Shown here piece by piece: positions 24,446 to 32,404 of a DNA stretch of 35,623 nt. The position numbers and the translations under genes were made by a program. Positions within the stretch are counted from its first letter, which is position 1. Every line of letters starts with the position of its first letter. The DNA is from Candidatus Woesearchaeota archaeon (GTDB lineage Archaea > Nanobdellota > Nanobdellia > SCGC-AAA011-G17 > GW2011-AR20). The DNA lies in NCBI GenBank assembly GCA_964361505.1, contig CAYIAV010000002.1, forward strand, positions 1-35,623, in the 5' to 3' direction. The notes under the pieces are model-generated. The model searched no databases. It saw only the letters and a list, made by a program, of their open reading frames with translations, and was not told where the DNA came from.

Positions 24446-25363
24446 ATGGGCAATAAACTTAAATCAATGAAAAGTTGGAAAATAATTGTCATACTTCTTT
24501 TAGTTTTCATAGTTATATTCTTAGCAGCAATAAAAATAGATTCTCCAAAAATATCTCAAAATCAAATAGCAATAATACCAATAGCGGGAACCTTATCTTC
24601 TTCAAGCATGGGGTTTAGCCCATTAACATCTTCAATAACAAACACAGATAATATCATAGATTCATTAGAAAAAGCTAATTCCAATCATAATGTAAAAGCA
24701 ATTATTTTGGAAATAAACTCGCCTGGTGGAACAGTAGTAGCTTCAAAAGAAGTTGCTGAAGCAGTGGCCAAATCAGAAAAGCCAACAGTTGCATTCATAA
24801 GAGAAATTGGTACATCTGGGGCATACTGGGTAGCTTCTTCAACAGATTACATTATAGCAGATGAATTATCAATCACAGGAAGCATAGGGGTTTTATCCTC
24901 ATATCTTGAATTTTCTGGTTTCTTAAAGGAACATAATGTAAATTATCAAGAACTAACAGCAGGTAAATATAAAGAGCTAGGTAATCCTTTTAAAGAATTA
25001 ACTCCAGAAGAAGAAACAATAATGAATGATAAATTAGTAAAAATTCAGGATGTATTCATAAGAGAGATTCAGGTCAAAAGAAAATTAAAAGATGTTGAAG
25101 ATATAAGAACAGGCAAATTCTATTTAGGCTTTGAAGCAAAGGAACTTGGTTTAGTGGATGAACTAGGCAATAAGGAAACAGCAGTTAAAAAAGCCCAGGA
25201 GTTGGCAGGAATAGAGAACGCTGAATTAACTCTTTATGAGTCCAAAAAAACATTCTTTGATTTATTCAGTGCACTGTCATCTGATTCTTTTTATTCTATG
25301 GGCAGAGGCATTGGCGAAGAATTAAAAGTAGGTATGGATAAAAATTCTGTAATAAAAGCTTGA
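24446..25363 (+). CDS. sppA: signal peptide peptidase SppA (S49)
   Basis: LEINSPGGTVVASKE and GTSGAYWVA motifs with an N-terminal TM helix. ATG 24446 is used because the track start at 24383 lies inside tRNA-Ala. Confidence 0.85.
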   Translation: MGNKLKSMKSWKIIVILLLVFIVIFLAAIKIDSPKISQNQIAIIPIAGTLSSSSMGFSPLTSSITNTDNIIDSLEKANSNHNVKAIILEINSPGGTVVASKEVAEAVAKSEKPTVAFIREIGTSGAYWVASSTDYIIADELSITGSIGVLSSYLEFSGFLKEHNVNYQELTAGKYKELGNPFKELTPEEETIMNDKLVKIQDVFIREIQVKRKLKDVEDIRTGKFYLGFEAKELGLVDELGNKETAVKKAQELAGIENAELTLYESKKTFFDLFSALSSDSFYSMGRGIGEELKVGMDKNSVIKA

Positions 25364-25409
25364 TAAATCTTAATCCAAAACTCTTAAAAAACTCTTTCTA
25401 TTATGATAA

Positions 25410-25682
25410 GTGCAGACTAGATTGGCGGGCTAGCCCCTCGTTGTAACTGCAAACGGGCTTCATGGTAGGATCGAATCTTGGAGAGAGGTATATGCATTCA
25501 TGTAAACCTCAGCCGTACTGATGATCCTCTGTCCTGTTCGGTCGGCATAGTAAGGAACTGAGTCAGGGTAGGAATACAGCAGCTCTAACTTGTTATATCG
25601 GCGCTTACAGGGAAGCAGAGAGTAGGAAAAGCTGGGATCATTTGCATGAACTGTATATATCCATCTCCAGGAGTGTCTGCAA
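25410..25682 (+). ncRNA. ffs: signal recognition particle RNA (7S/SRP RNA); ends approximate
   Basis: GC-rich structured island. The terminal helix pairs TGCAGAC (25411-25417) with GTCTGCA (25675-25681). A helix-8-like motif GTCAGGGTAGGAATACAGCAGC (25562-25583) has a GGAA tetraloop. An Alu-like GGCGGGCTAGCCCC lies near the 5' end. Confidence 0.75.
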
Positions 25683-25697
25683 TATTAAAAAAAGAAA

Positions 25698-26957
25698 TTA
25701 GAAACTTTTTCCAGTAAGAATCTTAATTCTAGTGTCTCCAGGTCTAACTCTAGAGTCCATAGCAACCAGATATTTCAAGTTGCTTCTCTCAGCACCTAAA
25801 ACAAGAGTTCTGTCAATGTAGCCATCAAAAACAACAGCATAAGCATTCTTCAAGTTTCTAATAGTTCCACCTAATTCACTTGTAGGAACTTTACCCAAGA
25901 TATCTAATTTTTCATCTAATATAAAAGCCCCTCTTGTTCCAACCAAATCATCTAGTAAAGATTTAAATTTTCTAGTTTCATCAGTTTGGACTGGTTTAAC
26001 CGGTTCAGGTCTTTTAACAAAATTTTTCTCATCCTGAACTTCAATTTTAGGTCTTTCCTGAGAAGTTTCAGATCTTGGTATGCGAGGTCTTTCATAATGA
26101 TGGTTAGAGCTTTCAATAGCTTGTGCAAAATCCATCTTCACTTGCTCAATAGTGACTCTGCTTCTCAAAGCCTTATGAATCTCTTTCTTAGTAATTTCCT
26201 CAACCTCTTTACCATCAGGAGCCTTTATCACATAGTCTAGTTCAACACCAGCATCAATCAAACCTTTTATAATAAGATCTCCACCCCTATCTCCATCCAC
26301 AAAAGCAATCAAAACTTTTTGAGATCCTAAATTCCTAATAGTGTTTGGTATGATTGTTCCATTAACTGCAATAGCATTCTTAATACCATGTTTTAACAAA
26401 TTCAGAACATCAGCTCTTCCCTCAACTAAAATAACTTCTTCACTTTCATCAATAGCAGGTCCAGCAGTTAGTCTATCTGGTCCATATTCTATTGCAGCCA
26501 TCATCCTCACAGAATGCTCAACAACTTCAGTAATCTCTTGAGAATCAGGCAATACACTAGAAGTCAATTCCTTAAGTAATTCCTTAGCTCTTTCAATAAC
26601 AAAGTTTCTTTTAGAAATCCTGACATCTTCAATTTTCTCAACTCTAACTTTAGAATTACAAGGTCCTATTCTCTGGATAGTTTCCAAAGCAGCTGCAATA
26701 ACAGCAGTTTCAGCTTTATCTAAGTTACTAGGTACAACTATCTCACCATTAGTCCTTCCATTTCTAGTCTCTAAATTGACCTCAATTCTTCCAATTCTCC
26801 CGCTTCTTTGTAATTCTCTTAATTCGAGATCATTTCCTAACAATCCTTCAGTTTGTCCAAAAATGGCGCCTACAACATCGGGTTTTTCAACAACGCCTTC
26901 TGCACTAATGACAGTATGAACAATATATTTTGCTCCTACAGGGCTTATCTTAGCCAT
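25698..26957 (-). CDS. dnaG: archaeal DnaG-type primase (Toprim; exosome-associated)
   Basis: The N-terminus AKYIVHTVISAEGVVEKPDVVGAIFGQTEGLLG is typical of archaeal DnaG. Toprim motifs are ILVEGRADV and VDGDRGGDLI. Confidence 0.9.
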   Translation of the reverse strand: MAKISPVGAKYIVHTVISAEGVVEKPDVVGAIFGQTEGLLGNDLELRELQRSGRIGRIEVNLETRNGRTNGEIVVPSNLDKAETAVIAAALETIQRIGPCNSKVRVEKIEDVRISKRNFVIERAKELLKELTSSVLPDSQEITEVVEHSVRMMAAIEYGPDRLTAGPAIDESEEVILVEGRADVLNLLKHGIKNAIAVNGTIIPNTIRNLGSQKVLIAFVDGDRGGDLIIKGLIDAGVELDYVIKAPDGKEVEEITKKEIHKALRSRVTIEQVKMDFAQAIESSNHHYERPRIPRSETSQERPKIEVQDEKNFVKRPEPVKPVQTDETRKFKSLLDDLVGTRGAFILDEKLDILGKVPTSELGGTIRNLKNAYAVVFDGYIDRTLVLGAERSNLKYLVAMDSRVRPGDTRIKILTGKSF

Positions 26958-27133
26958 TTAAATCCCCCCACTTAAGCCCCTCGAAACTATAGAACAAAAC
27001 CTCAAAAGGAGAACAATATACTATACATTCTGCCTTTTTTTCCTAAATTTACAGTAATTTTGATTTTTAAATAATAAATGAAGGTTAATTAAGCTTTGTT
27101 TGATAGTTTAAAGGTGATTTATATTATCATAAA

Positions 27134-27209
27134 TGTTGCCTGGGACACTAACTCTCAAGTTCATCGTATCAGCCGTTGGCTTACTCTATTGAGTATTCTC
27201 ATGCCAGGC
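27134..27209 (-). ncRNA. candidate H/ACA-like guide RNA hairpin
   Basis: 72-nt GC-enriched hairpin in an AT-rich spacer. The lower stem is GCCTGG/CCAGGC and the upper stem CTCAA/TTGAG, leaving 10+10 nt internal loops. An apical GCC/GGC stem has GA-rich flanks. On the minus strand the hairpin is followed by AACA (27137-27134). Confidence 0.25.
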
Positions 27210-27270
27210 TATAAACTAAAAGGCAGTATTCCTATATAAAGATTTCTATAACTACTCAAAAAGAGCAAAA

Positions 27271-27762
27271 TTAGTCATATTTGACAGCTTTTAAGTATCT
27301 TTTAACCTCATCAAAGATAGAATAAGTTTCAGCTCTTAAATCCTTATGGATTTTATCAAAATGCTGCTTAACAATAAACTTATCAAACACTTCTCTAATA
27401 AACTTAGAAACAGGATTTTTTTCCCAGTTATCCTCATAATCCTTATATACATAACTCTCAAAAAGGATTGAGACATTACCTTTCAAAAGATTTCTATTTC
27501 CAACCTTAACCTCTTCAAGTTTATTTCCTCTAAAAGTAACATCAATAATCATCTTTGTGTAGTCATCTACTTTTTTCTCAGAACTCCATTTGATAAAGAT
27601 ATTTTTTCCTTCTTCAAGCTCTTTGTCATTATACTCATTTTCGATAAAGTCGTATCTTCTCTGAAAAAACCACTCTTTCATAAGCTTATAAGTTTCTCTT
27701 AAATCAATAACTCCAGATTTCTTAATCATAATCCCACTTATTACATAATCCGTTTCAGCCAT
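27271..27762 (-). CDS. uncharacterised protein, paralog 3 of a tandem trio
   Basis: 163 aa. Shares the blocks Y-x-x-[LM]-K-x-W-[FL]-x-x-R, I-[KQ]-W-x3-KK-[VI]-[DS]-[DS]-[YF] and D-x-W-[EDQ] with the two upstream ORFs. Confidence 0.7.
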   Translation of the reverse strand: MAETDYVISGIMIKKSGVIDLRETYKLMKEWFFQRRYDFIENEYNDKELEEGKNIFIKWSSEKKVDDYTKMIIDVTFRGNKLEEVKVGNRNLLKGNVSILFESYVYKDYEDNWEKNPVSKFIREVFDKFIVKQHFDKIHKDLRAETYSIFDEVKRYLKAVKYD

Positions 27763-27792
27763 GATTTCATCAATCCTTTTCTATTATTAAAC

Positions 27793-28302
27793 CTATCTTG
27801 TTAGTCCTAAATTTTCTTTTGTATAATCAACAAACTGGTATAATAATGTGTAGTAAACAACTTTATGCTCTTCTAATCTTCTCCTGCCTATAAAATTAAA
27901 ATAAACTTTATCAATAAAACTAGCTTTATCCCAGTCATCTTCTCCTACCTTGACATATCCAATCACCCTTATCTCAAAATCTCCCCTATCCACCTTTCTT
28001 TTTATATCACCTATCTGCACTTCTGCATCACTCATCCCTAATATCAAAAAAGTTACTTCCATATTATAAGAGAAATAGCTACTAACTTTCTTAGAGCATT
28101 GCCATTGTATTTCTAAATTTTTAACTCCACCCGCAAATCTTCTCTCAGTAAACTTCTTCTCTAAAGTCTTTTCATCAGCAAATCCCCTATCCTCAAGCCA
28201 TAGCTTCATAAATTTATATACCTCAGAAAAACTGGTATTCCCTTGCCACCTAATCTTCAATCCAGCTTTTGGTGTTAAATATACATCATCTCCCATTTTC
28301 AA
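27793..28302 (-). CDS. uncharacterised protein, paralog 2 of a tandem trio
   Basis: 169 aa with the same block structure. Its start overlaps the stop of paralog 1 by 4 nt. Confidence 0.7.
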   Translation of the reverse strand: MKMGDDVYLTPKAGLKIRWQGNTSFSEVYKFMKLWLEDRGFADEKTLEKKFTERRFAGGVKNLEIQWQCSKKVSSYFSYNMEVTFLILGMSDAEVQIGDIKRKVDRGDFEIRVIGYVKVGEDDWDKASFIDKVYFNFIGRRRLEEHKVVYYTLLYQFVDYTKENLGLTR

Positions 28303-28787
28303 TCATAAAGCCCCATAATCTCTTTCATTTCCCCTATACATTCCATCATCTCTAAATACAAATTTGTTTCATAATAATGCTTTATTTTAGCTTTTATTAA
28401 AAAATTAGTATAAAGATGGAATAAAAGTCTTTTGAAAGGCGTGTCCTGCCACTGGTTCCTGTAGTCTAATTCAAGATAAGCCACAACATTTATCTTGACA
28501 TCACCAACATGCTTATTGCCTCTCTTTTTATATTCTCTAACCAAAGCAAAAGTCTCTATATGAAATTCAACAAAATCATCTATTTTTTTATCTCCATCAA
28601 GCTTTATGTTCAATTCATTCCCATGAGCCCTGTATTTTTCAGTATTTTCCCTCTCAGTAAAAGTATACATTCTTTTATCAAACCAACTTTTTAAAGTAGA
28701 ATAATACAGCTTAGCATCAAACTCCCCCTTTTTGAAAATTAATATCCCATTGCCCGGAGTAATCTCATCCTTTTTAGGAATAGCCAT
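28299..28787 (-). CDS. uncharacterised protein, paralog 1 of a tandem trio
   Basis: 162 aa with the same block structure (LYYSTLKSWFDKRMY, NIKLDGDKKIDDFVEF, DYRNQWQDTPF). Confidence 0.7.
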   Translation of the reverse strand: MAIPKKDEITPGNGILIFKKGEFDAKLYYSTLKSWFDKRMYTFTERENTEKYRAHGNELNIKLDGDKKIDDFVEFHIETFALVREYKKRGNKHVGDVKINVVAYLELDYRNQWQDTPFKRLLFHLYTNFLIKAKIKHYYETNLYLEMMECIGEMKEIMGLYD

Positions 28788-28863
28788 AACATCAAAATCC
28801 TTCTGAAATTAATAAAACTTTCCTTTCAATAATTTTAAATAAGATGATGAAATAACTAATTTA

Positions 28864-29268
28864 ATGGATAATTGTATATTCTGCAAAATCATAAAAAAAG
28901 AAATACCCTCTTTTGCAGTAAATGAATGCAAAAATTTCCTAGCTTTCTTAGATATAAACCCAAGAACAAAAGGCCATACTTTAATCATTCCAAAAAAACA
29001 TTATGTTAATTTAACAGATTTCCCCTCTTCTTTGGCTAAAGAATTAGTAGATTTTTCAAAAGAAACAGCAAATAAGGTACTGGCAGTTGTTAAAACAACA
29101 GATTTCAATTTCTCAATTAATAACGGAAAGTTTTCAGGTCAAGAAGTTTTTCATGCCCATTTCCACATTATTCCAAGATTCAAAGATGATAAGTTAGCTC
29201 ATTGGCCAAAGTCCCAATCTAGTAATGATATATTTAAAAAATTAGCTGATGAAATAAAAAACAAATAG
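28864..29268 (+). CDS. HIT-family nucleotide hydrolase/transferase
   Basis: Histidine triad HAHFHIIPR and N-terminal CIFCKI. Confidence 0.85.
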   Translation: MDNCIFCKIIKKEIPSFAVNECKNFLAFLDINPRTKGHTLIIPKKHYVNLTDFPSSLAKELVDFSKETANKVLAVVKTTDFNFSINNGKFSGQEVFHAHFHIIPRFKDDKLAHWPKSQSSNDIFKKLADEIKNK

Positions 29269-29310
29269 TTTCAAAACCCTTTTAAAACCAAATATTTCTA
29301 AATTTATAAA

Positions 29311-29384
29311 GCCTCTGTAGCTCAGTCTGGCAGAGCGTCGGTTTCATGAGCCGAATGTCGGGAGTTCAAATCTCCTCAGAGGCA
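29311..29384 (+). tRNA. tRNA with CAU anticodon (elongator Met; an Ile2 type cannot be excluded), intron-less
   Basis: GCCTCTG-TA-GCTC-AGTCTGGCA-GAGC-G-TCGGT-TTCATGA-GCCGA-ATGTC-GGGAG-TTCAAAT-CTCCT-CAGAGGC-A. It lacks the initiator features (A1:U72, three G:C pairs in the anticodon stem). Confidence 0.9.
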
Positions 29385-29387
29385 CTC

Positions 29388-29804
29388 TTAAACAAAGCAC
29401 ATATCAGGTATATCCTCTATTCTAGACTCAACAGGTCTAAACCCTTCTTTACTTAAAATTGTTACTAACTGTTCTATAGAGCTATGAGCTTCTTCAAAAT
29501 CTCCTTCAGAATTGATTGAATGTCTTATACAAACCAAGACTCTTCCCAAAGATTTTTCTAAATAAATGTAAACATCATTATCAAAAAAGTTTAAGTGAGA
29601 ATAAACAATTTTTTTAGTAGTACTGAGAATATAAGTATCCATCATACTAGAAGAGTCACTCATCTGTTGTGGGGTCAAAATTTTCTCATCCTGTAATCCT
29701 AAAACCCTCCTTATAGCATAATCAGGATTTTCTATAGCATCAGAAACATAAACTCCAAGAACATAATCTTCTTTATTCTCATAATATATCATAAATCTAC
29801 ACAA
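29388..29804 (-). CDS. hypothetical protein
   Basis: 138-aa ORF. No family recognised. Confidence 0.5.
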   Translation of the reverse strand: MCRFMIYYENKEDYVLGVYVSDAIENPDYAIRRVLGLQDEKILTPQQMSDSSSMMDTYILSTTKKIVYSHLNFFDNDVYIYLEKSLGRVLVCIRHSINSEGDFEEAHSSIEQLVTILSKEGFRPVESRIEDIPDMCFV

Positions 29805-29840
29805 AACAAAAAAATATATAAGAATTTGCTAAGGAAAAAT

Positions 29841-30062
29841 CTACTTTCTACTCAAAGTTATCTCAATAGTGCTTACTCTGATATTTTTACCTTCATTATT
29901 CTGAAATTCTTCGCTATCTATCTTGATATGTTTAATTTCTACAGTATTCTCCAAGAATCTTTTGCAGGCAACTTCTGAGATGTCTACACACCTAGAGATA
30001 AACTTGCCTCTTCCTTTTATAACTACCTCCTTAGCTCCTTGCGTAGTAAACTGCATAACCAC
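29841..30062 (-). CDS. albA: Alba (Sac10b) DNA/RNA-binding protein, C-terminal portion only (beta2 to beta4)
   Basis: GAKEVVIKGRGKFISRCVDISEVACKRFL...NIRVSTIEITLSRK aligns with the Alba core. The conserved N-terminal VxVGxKPxMNYV segment is missing from this ORF. By my reading, the codon at the track start (30062-30060) is TGG and the first ATG is at 30056. Confidence 0.8.
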   Translation of the reverse strand: MVMQFTTQGAKEVVIKGRGKFISRCVDISEVACKRFLENTVEIKHIKIDSEEFQNNEGKNIRVSTIEITLSRK

Positions 30063-30074
30063 ACCTGTTACGTA

Positions 30075-30106
30075 ACTCTTGCTGAGAAAGCCTTAACTTA
30101 ACTCAG
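30075..30106 (-). other. candidate BHB intron inside the Alba coding region (31-32 nt)
   Basis: On the minus strand the stem pairs CTGAG (30105-30101) with CTCAG (30085-30081). It is flanked by 3-nt bulges AAA (30108-30106) and AGT (30076-30074). The central helix pairs CATG (30112-30109) with CAAG (30080-30077), with 3 of 4 positions paired. Geometry and bulge sequences match the tRNA-Ala intron. Confidence 0.5.
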
Positions 30107-30108
30107 TT

Positions 30109-30147
30109 TCATGAAGGGTTTTGCTCCCACGAACACGGTATAGTCAT
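30109..30147 (-). CDS. albA: Alba N-terminal segment (DDYTVFVGAKPFM) in a different frame from the C-terminal ORF
   Basis: The translation matches the Alba beta1/alpha1 start (VVxIGKKPVM). The frame ends at TAA three codons later unless the intervening element is removed. Confidence 0.55.
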   Translation of the reverse strand: MTIPCSWEQNPS

Positions 30148-30296
30148 CTGCAGATTTTCTTGTTCCTTCCTGTGTACCATAGTCTTCCTGATTCATTTTA
30201 ATCCGCCTCCAACATTTTTTGATGAATGTCAAGTCTAGTCTACTCTGTTGCCATAAATCGTAAAGTCAAGAAAGCTTTTAAATGTTTTCTTCAGAA

Positions 30297-30491
30297 TTAG
30301 CAATTCTTACTTTGCTTAGTTAGCCTAGTAACATAACCAGTTATCACATTTCTTAGCTTCTTGGAAGGAAAATCAACAAATTGCTCTGTAAGTTTTTTAT
30401 TAGCATCAAAATTATCAGTAAAACAATCTTTATGATCCCTAAAAGTTTTCAAAGCTACTCTCTTAACCAATGCGGTCTTAATTCTTCCCAT
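30297..30491 (-). CDS. rps17e: ribosomal protein S17e
   Basis: MGRIKTALVKRVALK...ITGYVTRL matches S17e. ATG 30491 is preferred over TTG 30497. Confidence 0.85.
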   Translation of the reverse strand: MGRIKTALVKRVALKTFRDHKDCFTDNFDANKKLTEQFVDFPSKKLRNVITGYVTRLTKQSKNC

Positions 30492-30512
30492 AACCAAAAC
30501 CTAAAAAATAAT

Positions 30513-31538
30513 CTATTTAAGCTTTTCTAAAACCCATATCTCTCTTTTAATCCAAGAATCTTTTAAGTCATAAACAATAGGATTCTGAGCCTCTTCAAAT
30601 ACTGTAGCTCTAAACCCAATGTCTTGAATTAAAGAATCAAAATCCATGCCTACATTTTTTCCAAAAGCCTTGATTATAGGCACAATAACAATAACTTTCC
30701 CTTCAACAATTTTATTAGCCTCCGATAAAAATTGAAAATACATTTTTTGCAATTTCTTCATAACTCTATAAGCCTCTTTCTGAGAAGGAGTCTTTTTCCA
30801 ATAAGGTCCTAAATAAGGCTCAGTAACAATAGCCTCAACTTTATTAAAATAAGTGCTTAATTTCTTAGAGTCCCCTTTAACTAGTTTAAACTTATTTTTA
30901 AATAAAAATTCTTTTTTTGCCCATTGAATATTATGCTGCACTTCATAAATAGTCTTGTCAACTCCTAAGACATTAAGTCCGCTAAGCAAGCCTTCCTGTA
31001 ATATTGTTCCACAACCACAAAAAGGGTCTAAGATTTCTTTTCTGGCTTGGCTTAAATTTATCAAGATTTTAGCGAGTCTTATTGAAATAACTTTTTTTTC
31101 ATCGAATGCCGGTCTATTCTCATCTCTTGTCTTATACTTCTTAGGATTTGAAACAGAAAAAATGCGAAAAAGAGTTTTACCAGCTTCGATAACTTCTAGA
31201 TCAAAATACGTAGGTTTATTGATGTATTTTCTAAAAATTCCTTTAATTCCCTCTTTTTTAAAAAATTGTTTTAAAACCTCTTTATTTTTTTCATTTCCAA
31301 AAAAAGAATAAGTAACAACATTCTCGCCAAATTTCAATTGATCAATAGCAAATTCCTTTCCAATTTTAACTATGCCACCAAAAGCATCAGCAGTAAAAGC
31401 AAAAGAATTAATGTCCAATATTAAAAATTCATCATTAAACATAATAAAGTTATAATTAACAGTTCTAGCTTGAAGAAAACTAATTACCTCAAGCACAGCC
31501 AATTCCTTATCTCTTCCCAAAACAAAAATGTATTTCAT
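30513..31538 (-). CDS. putative RNA (guanine-N2 / Trm11- or Trm14-like, UPF0020) methyltransferase
   Basis: SAM motif ILDPFCGCGTILQEG and catalytic-type motif VTEPYLG (an NPPY variant). The N-terminal domain is THUMP-like in size. 4-nt overlap with the upstream gene. Confidence 0.6.
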   Translation of the reverse strand: MKYIFVLGRDKELAVLEVISFLQARTVNYNFIMFNDEFLILDINSFAFTADAFGGIVKIGKEFAIDQLKFGENVVTYSFFGNEKNKEVLKQFFKKEGIKGIFRKYINKPTYFDLEVIEAGKTLFRIFSVSNPKKYKTRDENRPAFDEKKVISIRLAKILINLSQARKEILDPFCGCGTILQEGLLSGLNVLGVDKTIYEVQHNIQWAKKEFLFKNKFKLVKGDSKKLSTYFNKVEAIVTEPYLGPYWKKTPSQKEAYRVMKKLQKMYFQFLSEANKIVEGKVIVIVPIIKAFGKNVGMDFDSLIQDIGFRATVFEEAQNPIVYDLKDSWIKREIWVLEKLK

Positions 31539-32401
31539 AATTTAAGCTCATCAGAACAATAACCATTAAAAGTTATCTGGCAAGTTTTACAGCAAATAAA
31601 CAATTTATCACAATCAATATTCTTGCAATTTACATACAAATCACTAAAAGATTCGCAAATTTCACACTTAGAAATGGGATGAACTTCTTTAGAATTATCT
31701 AAAGAAATAGCCATTCTCCTGTCAAAAACAAAGCATTTTCCTCCCCAGTGAGCATCAGAGCATTTATCAGAATAGTTCAATATTCCTCCATCTAATTGAA
31801 AAACATTGTTAAATCCATTTTCCATTAAAAAAGCAGAAGCCTTCTCACATCTAACTCCCCCAGTGCAATAAGTAACTATCATTTTATCTTTTAAAGACCT
31901 TAAAGAATTTATCTTACTTTTAAACTCAGTAAATTTTTTTATGTCTAGGTCTATAGCTCCTGAAAATTTCCCAATCTTAGTTTCATAATTATTTCTAACA
32001 TCTAACAAGATTACATCTTCTTTTTCATCAAGAATTTTCTTCAGTTGTTTTGGTTCTATTTTCCTGGCAGCTTTAGAATAATCCACATTAGTATCAAAGG
32101 TTACAATCTCTTTTCTAACTCTCACAAACATCTTTCTATAAGCTTCATCTCCAACAAGTGTCTCTCTAAACTGAATATCCCTAAATTCTTTACAAGATAT
32201 CAATTTTTTCTTATAACTGTCTACATTAATATTTTTACCAGTAATCCCTCCATTAATGCCTTCTTTAGAAACCAAAATCTTCCCCTTTAATCCTAAACTC
32301 TTGCAAAAAGAAAGATGTTCTTTTGCAAAAGATTCTGGATCATCAATAGTTGTATATTTGTAAAAAGTGGTAACTTTCATAAAATCAAAGAATAATGACA
32401 A
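31535..32401 (-). CDS. trhO: rhodanese-domain protein of the TrhO/YceA (UPF0176) family, tRNA U34 hydroxylase-like
   Basis: FYKYTTIDDPESF..., GKILVSKEGINGGITG, the rhodanese loop YCTGGVRCEKASAFL and a C-terminal Cys cluster. Confidence 0.75.
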   Translation of the reverse strand: MSLFFDFMKVTTFYKYTTIDDPESFAKEHLSFCKSLGLKGKILVSKEGINGGITGKNINVDSYKKKLISCKEFRDIQFRETLVGDEAYRKMFVRVRKEIVTFDTNVDYSKAARKIEPKQLKKILDEKEDVILLDVRNNYETKIGKFSGAIDLDIKKFTEFKSKINSLRSLKDKMIVTYCTGGVRCEKASAFLMENGFNNVFQLDGGILNYSDKCSDAHWGGKCFVFDRRMAISLDNSKEVHPISKCEICESFSDLYVNCKNIDCDKLFICCKTCQITFNGYCSDELKL

Positions 32402-32404
32402 CTT

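Noticed and set aside
28838-28863. AGATGATGA upstream of the HIT gene, as a possible C box of a C/D box sRNA
   Set aside because: No D box (CUGA) or terminal stem lies at a suitable distance downstream. The sequence continues directly into the HIT coding region.
30143-30196. 17-codon ORF (MNQEDLWYTGRNKKICR) starting at the SD-preceded ATG 30196, as an independent gene
   Set aside because: It is too short and lacks features. It is more likely the true 5' end of the disrupted Alba gene, or a leader peptide. It is discussed under the Alba finding.
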